Shown: positions 1 through 15,143 of the stretch, piece after piece | How the letters are laid out: every line of letters starts with the position of its first letter | How positions within the stretch are numbered: the stretch's first letter is position 1 | Assembly: GCA_033442325.1 (NCBI GenBank) | Contig: JAWQFM010000034.1 | Location: forward strand, 131,882 to 195,881 | Length of the DNA: 64,000 bases | DNA from: Salpingoeca rosetta | Lineage: Eukaryota; Protista; Choanoflagellata | Direction: 5' to 3' | The notes under the pieces: generated by a model | Seen by the model: only the letters and a program-made list of their open reading frames with translations | What the model was told of the DNA's origin: nothing | Databases searched by the model: none | Program-made: the position numbers and the translations under genes

Positions 1-132
1 GTGTGCCTATGTGTATGTTGGTTTGTGTTTGTACCTGCATGTGCACCTGCTTGTGCTTGGAGCTTGCCTCTTCACTCACCTGCACTCCCTATGTGTGTAT
101 GTGTTGATACATGTGCGTGTGTGTGTGTACAG

Positions 133-2069
<1,937 letters not shown>

Positions 2070-3387
2070 TTGTGCCGTGTGACGCCATGCCATTTCTCTC
2101 TGTGTGTGTGTATGAATGTATGAATGTGTGTGAATGTATGTCTGTGTGTATGTATGTATGTATGAATGTGTGTGAATGTGTGTCTGTGTGTATGTATGTG
2201 TATGTATGTGTGTGTCTGTATTTTTGTTTGCGTATTTTTGTTTGTAGTTTTGTACGTGTGTGTGTTGGTGCATGCACATGTGTGTGCAGTCTGCGACGCT
2301 CTCATTGATCGCATCCATCCTTCACTGGTTGCTTTTCTTCTGCTTCGTTTCTCTGACTTGCCCATGCCCCTGTCTCCCTTGCTTCTTGCTTTCCCTTATC
2401 TTTTTCTTTCGTCCTGACCTTTTGAAGTGTGCCGGTGGCGTTGATGATTCTGCGACTGCGTGCTTCCCTTCTGCGATTGCGACGATGTGCATAACTGGCC
2501 TTGTAAAACATTGACGCGGCTGATCGTTTGTGCTTCCTGGCTTGACATGAACCAAGGATCGACACACACACACACATCCACTCAAACGTGTTTCATCCAC
2601 ACACATGCACACACATGCACACAACACACACAGACAGACAGCACAACACACGCACCACCACATGCACACCCATGCAACAACCCTGCAAGCACTCAAGCCA
2701 AGCACGTTTTTGAGTGTGAAGATACGTGTTTCCGTGCTTTCTTGCGTATCCGTTGCGCGCCACGATTTCTTCGATTCCCATAGACATTTCACGAACATCT
2801 TCACCCAATATTCGTCAATGACGCAATTTGGCGACTTGAGGGCATCACTCCCGCCCACTGCGAGCACTTCTGGTTTCGTCAACGGCGTGCAAAGTCTCCA
2901 ACGAACGTCATCATGGAGACGTGGCCGTGCACTGTGCAAGCAACAACAACGCACACAACACAACAACACAACCACGTGTCCGGTTCGTGCAAGTGCGTGC
3001 AACCCAACTCAAGCTACCACCCACCCAACTAAACCCGGCCTTGCATCACGGTTCTTGCATCACCATCAATGGAGTCGGAGGTTAAGCCCCAAGCACCAAA
3101 GCAATGAGTGGTGGCAAGAAGAAGTAATGGTTGGTTGTGGAGCACTGATGATGGCCTGACGACGGTTGTCGGCCTTTCTCCTTTGTTGGCTTTTGTGTGT
3201 GCCTTGGTCTTGTTGTTCCCTTGATGTACTTACTTGGCTGAGTACTTGTATCGGTTGCCGGTGTTCAACGATCATTTTCTCATCGACTTCATCTCAAGCC
3301 AACAAGCAAGCAAGCAAGCAAGAAGGAATCCACCAAGCCCTCGGCTCGCCTCTTTGAACCTCACCTCACACCCCAAGAACACTCAAG

Positions 3388-4207
3388 ATGGACGACAGCG
3401 CTATGAAGATCACCCAGGAGAGCTGGGCCATGGTTGAGCGGGAGATCCCCAACTGGACCGACATCTTCTATGACAAGATGTTCTCCGACCCCAACATTGC
3501 CAAGCTCTTTCCCTTCTCCGCCGGCGACTTCAAGACCAACGAGAAGTTCCAGACGCACACGCAGAAGGTCCGCGACACCATGCACACCGCCATGACCAGC
3601 ATCCGCGAGTTTGAGAAGCTCGGCCCCGTCCTGAAGGTACGCAATCCGTGCATGCGTGTGTGTGCGTGTGCGTGTGCGTGCGTGTGTGTGTGTGTGTGTG
3701 TTTGTCTTTCTGTCTGTCTGTCTGTGTGGTTGTATGTGACGGACTCGCGCAGCGTCTCTGGACCGTTTGATGTCGCATTGCCCTTGTTGCTGTTCTCACC
3801 TCCGCTTCTGCACTCGCATCACCCGTCCACAGAAAATGGGCGAGCGTCATGCCGACTACGGTGTCATTCCCGAGCACTCTGTCAACTTCAAGGAGGCCTT
3901 CCTGCACACCCTCAAGACCGGCTACGGTGACAAGTGGAACGAGGACCTCGATGACGTGAGTCGCTCGTTGCATGCACGCGCACACAATCGCGTGACATAA
4001 TAACGTGTTGTGATTTTATGGTGGTTTGATGACATCCCTTGCTGCGTCACCGCGTCGCACTTGCTTGGCTGCCTGATTCATGCTTTCCTCCTCACCTCAC
4101 CTCACCCATGTCTTCAATTTTTGCAGGCGTGGAACCAGTGCGTGGATGCTCTGTTGGAGCCCTTTGAGGACGGCCTGAACGAAGCCCTCGCCGCCAAGAA
4201 CCAGTAA
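3388..4207 (+). CDS. Single-domain 3/3 globin, 150 aa; exons 3388-3636, 3833-3955, 4127-4207
   Basis: SW in helix A, FYDKMF in helix B, LFPF (CD1 Phe), FQTHTQKV (distal E7 His), MGERHADYGV (proximal F8 His), AW in helix H. Two phase-0 GT-AG introns. Confidence 0.95.
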
Positions 4208-5566
4208 ACGGGTAGTCACACCCCCACCCGCCACGTTGTTCGCCTGCGGCTAATACCTGTTATTGCAGACTTGCAAGACACCCGTTTCGGGTGATAGCAC
4301 ACGAGGGAGGCACCTTTTCTTGTTCTCTCCTCCCTCTTTGTTGTCTTTTACGCTCTTCTTCGCTCTCGTCCTCTCTTCTTCTCCTTGATCCCTGCTGCTC
4401 CCCAGCGGTTCGTTCCTTTGCTACGTTTGCCACGTCGATGGGTTGCTCAACAAAAGGAACAGTAGTAAACGAATAGCCACACATCGACACACAAGCGAGA
4501 TACATGTCGAATGCATGGGAGAGTCGTGTGTGGTTGCTGAGCGCAAGAAGGGAAGAATGCATATGTGGATGTTGTTGAGGGTCGTAATGTAATGTAACAC
4601 AACGTGACTGCTTGATGGTGTGCTTGAGCTGTTTTATGGTGTGACAGGCGTGCTGTTGTCATTGCTGGGAACAAGCGCAAGCCTGCACAACGATCAAAAA
4701 GTGAAGGAGGGCGAACGCAGTGTCAAATGAAGCCAAGGCACGGCGTGGGCATCAAGCAGTTGAAGATCCTCCTCAGACAGTAACGCCTTTGGCGTTCACT
4801 AAAGTTTGGTGTGCGAAGGAATTGAAGGTAAAGTCACCGCACACGAAGCATTTGGTTGAGTTGCAGCGAGGATGAAAAAAAAAAAACGGGATGAGTGCAC
4901 GTCGTGCCGGTGAGTTCCACAAAGCATCAAGCGCGCTACACACACACACACACACAACACATCACACACACACATCACACACATACACACACATCACACA
5001 CATCACCCACATACACACACAACATCACACATACACATACACACACAACACCACGCAAACACAACACACATACACACACACACAAACACACACACAACGC
5101 TCACGCTGATCGATGTGATCCAGGATCTGACGCATGCGTGCCTTCCTCACCCGCCAGTCCTTGTGAGGTAAGCCCTCCCTTTGTCGCTCCTCCTCCTCCT
5201 CTGCGTCCTCGCTTGGCCTCCTTATCCTCCTTCGCCTACCCACAAGTCCAAGCAGCAGCCCCAACACACGACTCGCAGCGTCACAGCACACGTCCACCAC
5301 CCACGACAGCATCCGCATCAACAACCAACCAGAAGGCACTGCCGCCGTTACTACAATACGTGCTGTCCTGAGCCGTCGTCGCAAAATTGAACAATATCGC
5401 GCATTCTTGGTGTTTCTTTCAAAGCTTGCCAGAAATTTCTCCGCCACTGTGTGTGCAGGCTGTTGCGGCTTCAACAACCACGTGTGTGTGTTGTTGTTGT
5501 CCTTTGTTCTCTCCTGTCACTTTCAGACACCACCCCCCACACTCACTCTCCACCCACAACTGCAGA

Positions 5567-7933
5567 ATGTCAGCAAGAGCAACGACAGCGCTGGCCTTGG
5601 CGATCGCCATGGTGCTGCTTGCCAGCAGTGTTGTGATACATGCCCTTGGCGCCGAAAGCCGCTCCCCGCACGACGACGATGTCGCCATCAACGCAACCCA
5701 AGTCGCCTCGCTGGACTTTGGCGTCAGCGACATGGCCCTGGCGCTTGCCCACCCGCACCACGTCCACCACATCCATCACAACGGCACAGCAAACTCCAGC
5801 AGCTCTTCCACACTGGAGGCCCCCATCGCGTTCATCTCCGGCGGGTGCATTCAGCAGGAGTGGATCAACGCCTCATACCCGGGCTACTACTGCACATCGG
5901 TCCTGACCGAAGTCTACGCTTTCCTCGCCGCCGTCGGCAATGAGCGCATCATCAAGACATGGAGTGCACCCTCCAACCGCTACCGCCACGCCTCCGTCAT
6001 TGTCGGTTCAAACCTCTTCCTTATCGGCGGCCGAAACTTCGACGACGGCATCGTCACAACCATGGACATCCTCGACTTCCACACAGGCATTTGGACCAGC
6101 GTTCCCAGCGACCTGGCCCTCTCAGACCACGCTGCTTTCGTCCTCAACGACACCATCTACGTTGTCGGAGGCTACGACGCCACGTACACTGCGCAGAGCA
6201 AGATGTACCAGCTGGTCAATTACACCGTCAACGGCACCACCTTTGCCGAGGTTGCTGGCGGAGACCTCACAGTCGCTCGTGGCGACTTGTCCGTGACGAC
6301 TGTCAACTCCACCGTGTACGCCGTTGGAGGCTTCACGCACGCCAACAGCTTCACCGACCCGCTGCCCGTTGTTGAGTCGTGGTTGCCTGCGTCCGGGAAA
6401 GGCTGGAGACGCGAGCCTGATCTCCCCAGTGGTCGAGGCGACAAGGTGGCACTCAACTCGCACAATCACCTCGTTGTCATTGGCGGGGAAACTCGTCACC
6501 CCAACAACTCCGCGCACTCTGTGCCTGTGGATGACGTTGACGTGTTCAACCCACTCACAAGCCAGTGGACTCACCTCGGGCACGTGAGCTTCCCTCGATT
6601 CAGGTGCGACGCCTTGTGACCGTGATGTGAGAGTGTGTGTTCCTGAATGTTTGTGTATTTGTGTGTTCATGTGTGTGTGTGTACGTGTACGCGTGTGTGT
6701 ACGTGTCTTTGTCCGTGTATCTATGTGTCTTTGTTCGTCTGTTTGTGCGTCATGCGATGCACTGTGTTCGTGTGCTGGCCAGCTTCGCTCGCTCACGCCG
6801 ACCATCTTCGTTATCAGGTTTGCTGCTGCGTCCGTTGGGCACTATGTGTACCTGTTTGGTGGACAGGGCGAGCTGGTTGGCGAGCACGGCACCAACTGGT
6901 CGTACTACCCGACCCTCAACAGTATTGAGCGCTTCCACCTCCCACTCCCGCACCCGCACGCAGACGAGCCCCACGTTGGCACAACATCCATGCCAGTCAA
7001 CGTGACAACAGCAGCCACAGCGTCCATGCCAGTCAATGTGACCACAACATCCATGTCAGTCAACCTGACAACAGCAGCCACAGCATCGATGCCAGTCAAC
7101 GTGAGCACAACAGCCATGCCAGTCAACGTGACAACCACGTCGATGCCAGTCAACCTGACAACAGCAGCCACAGCATCGATGCCAGTCAACGTGACCACAA
7201 CATCCATGCCAGTCAACGTGACAACCACCTCTATGCCAGTCAACCTGACAACAGCAGCCACAGCATCGATGCCAGTCAACGTGACCACAACATCCATGCC
7301 AGTCAACGTGAGCACAACAGCCATGCCAGTCAACGTGACAACCACGTCGATGCCAGTCAACCTGACAACAGCAGCCACAGCATCCATGCCAGTCAACGTG
7401 AGCACAACATCCATGCCAGTCAACGTGACAACCACGTCGATGCCAGTCAACCTGACAACAGCAGCCACAGCATCGATGCCAGTCAACGTGAGCACAACAT
7501 CCATGCCAGTCAACGTGAGCACAACAGCCATGCCAGTCAACGTGACAACCACGTCGATGCCAGTCAACCTGACAACAGCGCCACAGCATCGATGCCAGTC
7601 AACGTGACCACAACATCCATGCCAGTCAACGTGAGCACAACATCCATGCCAGTCAACGTGACAACCACGTCGATGCCAGTCAACCTGACAACAGTAGCCA
7701 CAGCATCGATGCCAGTCAACGTGAGCACAACATCCATGCCAATCAACGTGACAACCACCTCTATGCCAGTCAACCTGACAACAGCAGCCACAGCGTCAAT
7801 GCCAGTCAACGTGAGCACAACATCCATGCCAGTCAGCGCGACCACCACCTCTGTCCATCCCCACTCCTCTCCTGCAACAACAATGCACCCTCCGTCATCC
7901 TCAGCAACAACAACAACTTCAACCACCACCACG

Positions 7934-8020
<87 letters not shown>

Positions 8021-8359
8021 TCTTCGTCTACCTCCACCTCGACGTCCACATCCACCTCGACTGGCGCTGGGTCCTCGTTCCCGGCACAGTCATCCACCAA
8101 CACGGCACCACCTGTATCTGGCAGCACAACACCAGCAGCCACGACGACAACAACGAGTGGGGGCCGTGGGTCGACTGCTGGTAGCGGGTCGAGCAAACCA
8201 AAGGGGTGGGAGGCAGCCGTTGGCGTGCTGGTTACGCTGCTGGTGGTCGTTGTTATCGGCGCGTATCTGTATGTGAAACGGAGTGCGAAGAGGGGCGGTG
8301 CTGATCAGGTCAACTACTCGTTTGACAACCCTTTGTACGAGGAAGACATCAACGTGTAA
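5567..8359 (+). CDS. Type I membrane protein: signal peptide, Kelch beta-propeller, repetitive N/O-glycosylated stalk, TM helix, short tail with FDNPLY; exons 5567-6603 and 6818-8359, with an apparent 1-nt deletion at ~7579
   Basis: Hydrophobic N-terminus. About six Kelch repeats (LFLIGGR, IYVVGGY, VYAVGGF, LVVIGGE, VYLFGGQ, with downstream W). SMPVNxTT repeats and poly-Thr. TM AAVGVLVTLLVVVVIGAYLYV followed by KR. Tail NYSFDNPLYEEDINV*. Confidence 0.88.
6987..7850 (+). repeat. Coding minisatellite of 27/36-bp units encoding SMPVN(V/L)(T/S)TT(AATA), about 29 units
   Basis: Repeated core ATGCCAGTCAAC(G/C)TGA read directly; units counted from the translations. Confidence 0.95.
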
Positions 8360-8891
8360 CGGGCTGCCAGCGGGACCTGCCCTTCCCTGCTCCCTAATCG
8401 TGTGTGTGTGTGTGTGTGTGTGTGTGTTTCCATGTGCACCTGATGCCTTGTTGCCCCATTACCCATGGCTAGCAAACAAGCAGACTGCCACTGTCGCTGT
8501 GCGGTGCCTTGTTGCGTCTTGGCTTGCTTCCTCAGCTTTATCTTGCTTGTGCATTTGTCTGTTTCTCTGGTTTTGTTTGTTGTCCTGCATCAATCCACCT
8601 CCACCCTCTCCCACACACCTTCCCCCAAATATTGCTCGAGCGTCTGCTTTGCTCTGCCTGGGCACTTATTTGCCCACACCCGCTTCAGCTTTCTCCTCTT
8701 TCTCTCTCCTGCAGTTACGAACCGTTTCGAGCTTTAAACGACATCACGCCTCGGCTCACGTTGCCAACCATTCGCACACAAACACATGGCCAACTCGCAC
8801 AAATTACTTGCTATGCCAAACACTCATGCACACACACACACACATGCACCACTGGGTTTGCTTATCGAAATATGTGACGCTGCTGGAGCAA

Positions 8892-9017
<126 letters not shown>

Positions 9018-9201
9018 ACTCCTGCGCGCTGTGAGGGCGAGTGCATGAATTCATACATAACGAACGTAGAGGGGGTAATGCACCCACGCAGCTGGACGAT
9101 GCCCCGATGCAGCGATGGAGCGCCTGCGTCACTCACGAGTCTCGCCATAGTGGCAGATCAGTCTGATGTCTGTGGAGACTGTGAGGACTGTGTCTGTATG
9201 T

Positions 9202-9301
9202 NNNNNNNNNNNNNNNNNNNNNNNNNNNNNNNNNNNNNNNNNNNNNNNNNNNNNNNNNNNNNNNNNNNNNNNNNNNNNNNNNNNNNNNNNNNNNNNNNNN
9301 N
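9202..9301. other. Assembly gap (100 N); hides the 3' part of the SLC25 carrier gene
   Basis: Run of N. Confidence 1.
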
Positions 9302-9493
9302 ACACACACACAAACACACACACGCACACGTACACACACAAACACACACACACACGCACACGTACACACACAAACACACACACACGCACACGCACACGCA
9401 CACGCACACGCACACGCACACACACACGCACACATACGCACACACACACACACGCACACACACACACACACGCACACGCGCGCGCACACGTAC

Positions 9494-11270
9494 CTGGGTC
9501 TGGGTCGCCGTTTGTTAGCCTGCGCTTGAGGGATTCGTATGTGATGAAGTATACACCGAAGCTTGGCGCGTCACGCAGCACAGTTACCCACCAGCCCTGT
9601 CACCATCATCATAACACATGGATGCGTGTGTATGTGTGGACACAACGAGCTGTGAAAGGGTGGCTGGTGCATGTGCAGCAACGTCGTAATCGACACGTGT
9701 ACACACCAACGGCACACGCGCAAACACACACACACACACATGAACACGCACACGTGCACATGTGCATGCAAGCAAAGACGAACCTTGAAGAGTCCAAGGA
9801 CACCAAAGTCCCTGATGACAGCCCTCATTTGATACAGCGTGCTTGCCGGCGACTGTCCGGCTTTGTGGGGGAGTGACTTGGCGACTGTTGCCGCCTATAC
9901 CACGGTGCACACAGGTGTGTGTGTGTGTGTGTGTGTATGACGGGAAGCGTCGTGTCACCTTTGTGCCATTAACGAACACGCGCATGTGCTGATGCTACCT
10001 GTACACGAGACACACAAGATGATGCTGGTGGTTACCTGAGCGCGGCACTTGAGCAGCTCCGTGGGCGCAGTGATGGTGCAGCATGCAATCCCAGCCACAG
10101 TGCCTGCACACAACAGGTGATGGTGGTGGATGAGTGGAATGATGTCGGCAGCAGCAGCACTGCACAGTTGTCACAGGTGACCCAGTCTTCCTCAAGCAGT
10201 GACACACACCATCACACACCGTCACACACACACACACAATCACACACACACACACGCCATCACGCCATCACACCAACGCACCTGCCACGTAAGACTGGCC
10301 GAGGGTGAGCTCATCCCTGGCGTGCGGCTTGCCCGTGAGCATGCGCGCAGCCAACCCATATGTGCCAAACAGAACCGCGTTCAGGCCACCGACCCCTGCC
10401 ACGCCATCCATCACAGTGAAAGGAAAGCAATGTTGCTAGCTATGTTAACACCAATGCGCAAGCTGCTTCACGTCGCTCAGTAGCTCTGTCACGCAAGGGT
10501 CGCGCAGCACACATGGTGTCTGGCCTGTTCCCATCTCCACTGCACACTGGCGCACACCACTGCATACCACTGTCACCAACGTGACACATGCCTCCATACA
10601 ACTGCCACCACTGCCACTGACCAAAGACGGGCGGGCCGATGCCGCGGAAGAGCGATCGCACGCCTTCTTTCTGCACCAGGTCGACCGCTGCCCTGCCTAT
10701 CGAGTACTGGCCGTGGTGTGTTTGTTGACGAACCTGATGCAGCAAAGGGTGACATGTTGGGAGAAGAAGGGTTTTGGTGAACGTGTGGAAGGACAGAGCG
10801 CACGCGTACGTGTGTGTGTGTGTGAGTCTGTCTGTCTGTCTGTCTGTCTGTCTGTGTGTGTGTCTGTGTGTGTGTGTGTCTATGTCTGTCTGTCTCTATG
10901 TGTGTGTCTGTGTGTGTGTGTGTGTGTCTATGTCTGTTTGTGTGTGTGTGTGTGTGTATATGTGTGTCTGTGTGGGTGTGGGTGTGGGTCTGTATGTGTG
11001 TGTGTGTGTCGGGCCTTGTCCGTCTTCCACGCGCCCATGAAACAGAGTGTGTGCGTGTGGAGTGGAGTGGAGAGGTTCAAAGACACACACACACACATAC
11101 GCACGCACGCACACACACATACACATACACACACACACGCATGCATACATACACACATGCACGCACACATACATGCACACCTTGATGACGTCGAAGGGAT
11201 GGCCAACAACAAGGCCAGCCACGCCGCCGACGATGCCAGCAACAAAGTCGTCCACGCTCTCCGCTACCAT
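9494..11270 (-). CDS. Mitochondrial carrier (SLC25; carnitine/acylcarnitine or basic-amino-acid carrier-like); third repeat lost in the gap; exons ~11181-11270, 10622-10733, 10282-10395, 10036-10103, 9784-9894, 9494-9596
   Basis: [26 protein letters not shown] and [11 protein letters not shown] (Px[DE]xxKxR), [46 protein letters not shown]. Confidence 0.92.
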
Positions 11271-12125
11271 TGTGATGGTTGTGATGAAGCATGATGGTGA
11301 AGGGCGATGGTAGCTGACAACACAACACACACCAAGCACACACGAAGCACCCCGCTTCCACATCAACACGTACCCATAATCACTGGCGTTGGTGTTTTGG
11401 AGGAAGGACTTCAGGTGATGAAATGATGTGACGTGTGTGTGTGTGTGTGTGTGATGTGACATGATGTGATGTGACAATGTGGTGGCTTCGCCTTCCGTTC
11501 CCCCCCCCCCACTCTCCTCCCCCTCCCCTCTCTTCCTTGTCTTTGTTGGTGGCTGCGGTGGTGGTGTATGGGGGGAATGACAGGCTAGTAACGGAAGAAG
11601 AAGGAAGGAAGGACTGAGGGATGGGGATCAGGGAGACATGAGAGGGGCGGGGGGAGGCACAAGGAAGAAGAAGGAAGGAAGGACTGTGCGGGAGGCACCT
11701 CGAAGACGCAACCGACCAAGACAGTAAGGGAAACAAGGCAAAGGGCAGAAGGCAAGGACAGACACGAGACACCAGAGAGGGTGGTAACACACATCTGAGA
11801 AGCACACGTTACAACACCACACAACCCATGACGAACAAAGGAGTAGCAAGTAGGGGGGGGGGGGGCTTCGACTTGTCAGAAACGCCAAGAAAGCGACAGG
11901 GGAACAACACACAAGACAAAACAACCACAACCACAAGCTCAGTCACACCAGCAATCACAGCAGCAGTAATCACGACAAGCACGACAACAACGCCATTCAC
12001 AGGCGTTTCCAAGTACAGTGTGTATGTGTGTGCATCGTGCGCATGTGTGTGCGGTGCGTGCGCATGTGTGTGCACGTGCGTGTGTTGCGTGTCGTGTGTT
12101 GCGTGTTGTGTGCATGTGTGTGCGT

Positions 12126-12324
12126 TTATGCGCGCTCCACGATCATCGCGTGGCCGAGACCGCCAGCAGCGCACGCGGCAACAAGCGCATACTTGCCGTC
12201 CTCCTGCACACCACACGATGAGGTCGGGAGGGTGGAGGGGTAAATGGTGGTGAGGCGTGGCAATGGTACCGGGGGTGATGACAACGGCAGCAGTAGCAAG
12301 GGCACATTGATACACAACAGGGGA

Positions 12325-12412
<88 letters not shown>

Positions 12413-13194
12413 TACCAAGCGTACAACTGACGGGGGATCACACACACACACACACGATACCAAGCGTACAACCACAACCACAACCACAACCACAACCACA
12501 ACCACAACCACAGCAACAACCACAACCACAGCCACAACCACATGACACGACACAGCAAAGGGTGGTGTGGACGTACGGCATGGAGGCGGTGTGCGGCGGT
12601 GGTGACAAGGCGAACGCCCGTGGCGCCAAAGGGGTGACCCAGCGACAACGACCCGCCCCAGTTGTTGAACTTGTTCATGTCAATCTCGCCAACCTACATG
12701 TCCAGTCGATGGCGGTGGTGAGAGAGCGAGTTGAGTGAGTGAGTTGAGTGACTGACTGGCTGACTGACTGACTGACTGAGTGACTGAGCAAGTGAGCTCA
12801 AACCAGCAAGAAGAAGGAGAACAACATCAACCCGCATGAGTATCATCGTCGCCGCACCCAATACCAAACGACACACACACAACATCACAACGCCACAACA
12901 CACCACACCCAAGCAGCGAGCAGCAAGGTGTGCACCTTCTGGCTTTCTCCAAGGTACTCCTGTGCAAACTTGTCCGAGTTGAGGGCGTTCAGGTTTGCGA
13001 TAATCTGGCCGGCAAAGGCCTCGTGGAACTCAAACACGTCAATGTCCTTGAGGGTCAGGCCCGTCTGCTTGAGCAGCTTGTGCGTTGCGTACGTCGGCCC
13101 CAGCAGCAGCTGCTCCTTGGGGTCCTTGGTGGTGGTGACAACACCATTCACATGGTGCCAGGGGTGGTGGCGGTGGTGGTGATGGTGTGTGCGT

Positions 13195-13253
<59 letters not shown>

Positions 13254-15048
13254 TGTGTGTATGTGTGTGTGCACGATCAAGGGTGAGAACGTACGGGGGG
13301 GGAAGACGCGCGCACACAAACACACGCAGTGACACACATAGAGGCGTCGTTTGAGCACATGCATGAGTTTTTTCGTGTATGTGTGCGTGTTGCGTAACAG
13401 TCAACAGCGCTGACGTCATTGCATGCAGGCGGGTGGTGATGGCGTGTGCACCGCACCTGTGCGACGAAGACGTAGTTGCGGAGGTACGCGAGCGGCTTGT
13501 AGCCAAGCTCTTTCGCCTTGTCGTCCGTCATCAGCAGACACGCAGACGCACCTACCACACCGCACACGTACACATGAAGCACATGGACGGAAGATGAGGG
13601 AAGGGGGTCACAGCAGTCATGACAATGGAAACGGTGGCATGGTGACAGTCCCTCCTCTCCGCTTCCCTTTCCACACACACACACACGCACACACACACAC
13701 ACACACGCACACACACACACACGCACACACACACACGCACGCACACACGAACAGCACCCATCCACCACATCTTCCACCCCCATCCCCATCACGCATCCAA
13801 TCACAATCGCGCACCGTCGGTGAGGTACGACGAGTTGGCAGCGGTGATGGTGCCGTGCGGCTTGACAAACGACGGCTTGAGCTTCTGCAGCTTGTCCATC
13901 GTGCCAACGCGCACGCCGTTGTCGCGGGTGACAAACCCCTTTGCGCGGGCCGAGTAGATGGGCTCCAGGTCCTTCAGGTGACCCGCCTCAAACGCATCCC
14001 GCGCAAGCGTGTGCGAACGCAGCGCAAACTCGTCCTGGATGTGGTGGTGGTGGTGGTGGCGGTGGCGGAAGGGAAGAAAAGGGGTGTATCAGACGTGTGT
14101 GTGTGTGCGTGCGTGCGTGTGTGTGTGTACGTATGTGTGTGTGTGTGTGCGTGCGTGTGTTGTGTGTGTGCGTGCGCGCGCGCGTGCGTTCACACACGAG
14201 TGGGATGGTGGACAAGGCATTTCTACCCCCCCTTGCAACAGCTTATGCAGGTGTGTGCGCACCTGTTCCTGCCTAGTGACGCCAAACGCGGATGCAAGCC
14301 GGTCTGCGCTGTGGCCCATCGTCTCGTTGGTCGAAAACTCGGCAATCGCAGGCAGCTGCACACAGCAACAGTTGGTACCGTAGACGGGTGAGGTGAGGGT
14401 GGTGGTTGAATGTGAATGCAAAGAGAGTACGGTGTTGGGTTAGTCATGTGTCGTGCCGGTGGGTGGGTGGGTCACGAGCCGTCAGCGAAGAAGAGCGGCA
14501 GTGATGCAAGTGAAGGGTGCGAACACACATCGTAAATGACAGGACAATGGCATCACTGCATGAGCAGTGGGCGGGTGAGGTGAGTATGGTGGGGAGAATG
14601 TGCTGACCTCGAGGCCAATGTCCTTGAGCTTCAGCTTGGAGAGCAAGTTCACGTAGCCCATGGGGTCCTTCACTTTGCTGTACACACACACACACACACA
14701 CACGTGGGCGCATACCGTGAGAATGCAGCCGTCATGAGCACATGAAAAAACCACAGAGCGTCAACAATCACCAACAAGTTGAGAAGCGGGNNNNNNNNNN
14801 NNNNNNNNNNNNNNNNNNNNNNNNNNNNNNNNNNNNNNNNNNNNNNNNNNNNNNNNNNNNNNNNNNNNNNNNNNNNNNNNNNNNNNNNNNNNNNNNNNNN
14901 NNNNNNNNNNNNNNNNNNNNNNNNNNNNNNNNNNNNNNNNNNNNNNGGTGTGCGCGGGGGTGTTGAGGTTCAGACCGGCCTCAAGCATCGACTGCCACCC
15001 ACAGACACACACAGAGACACACAGACACACAGACACACACACACACAG

Positions 15049-15143
<95 letters not shown>

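Noticed and set aside
2070-3380. Possible gene between the kinase and the globin (also 4210-5560 and 11300-12100)
   Set aside because: No recognisable motifs or consistent exon chain; treated as UTR or intergenic.
7056-7589. Cys/His/Trp-rich antisense ORF (CCAHVDWHG repeats) resembling a metallothionein
   Set aside because: Antisense shadow of the coding minisatellite; no independent start or splice evidence.
6987-7850. CRISPR-like regular repeats
   Set aside because: No unique spacers, in-frame coding repeat, eukaryotic context, no cas genes.
9133-9201. IQTQSSQSPQ left of the gap as the third-repeat exon of the carrier
   Set aside because: Hits a stop within 13 codons with no clear donor; cannot be assigned.
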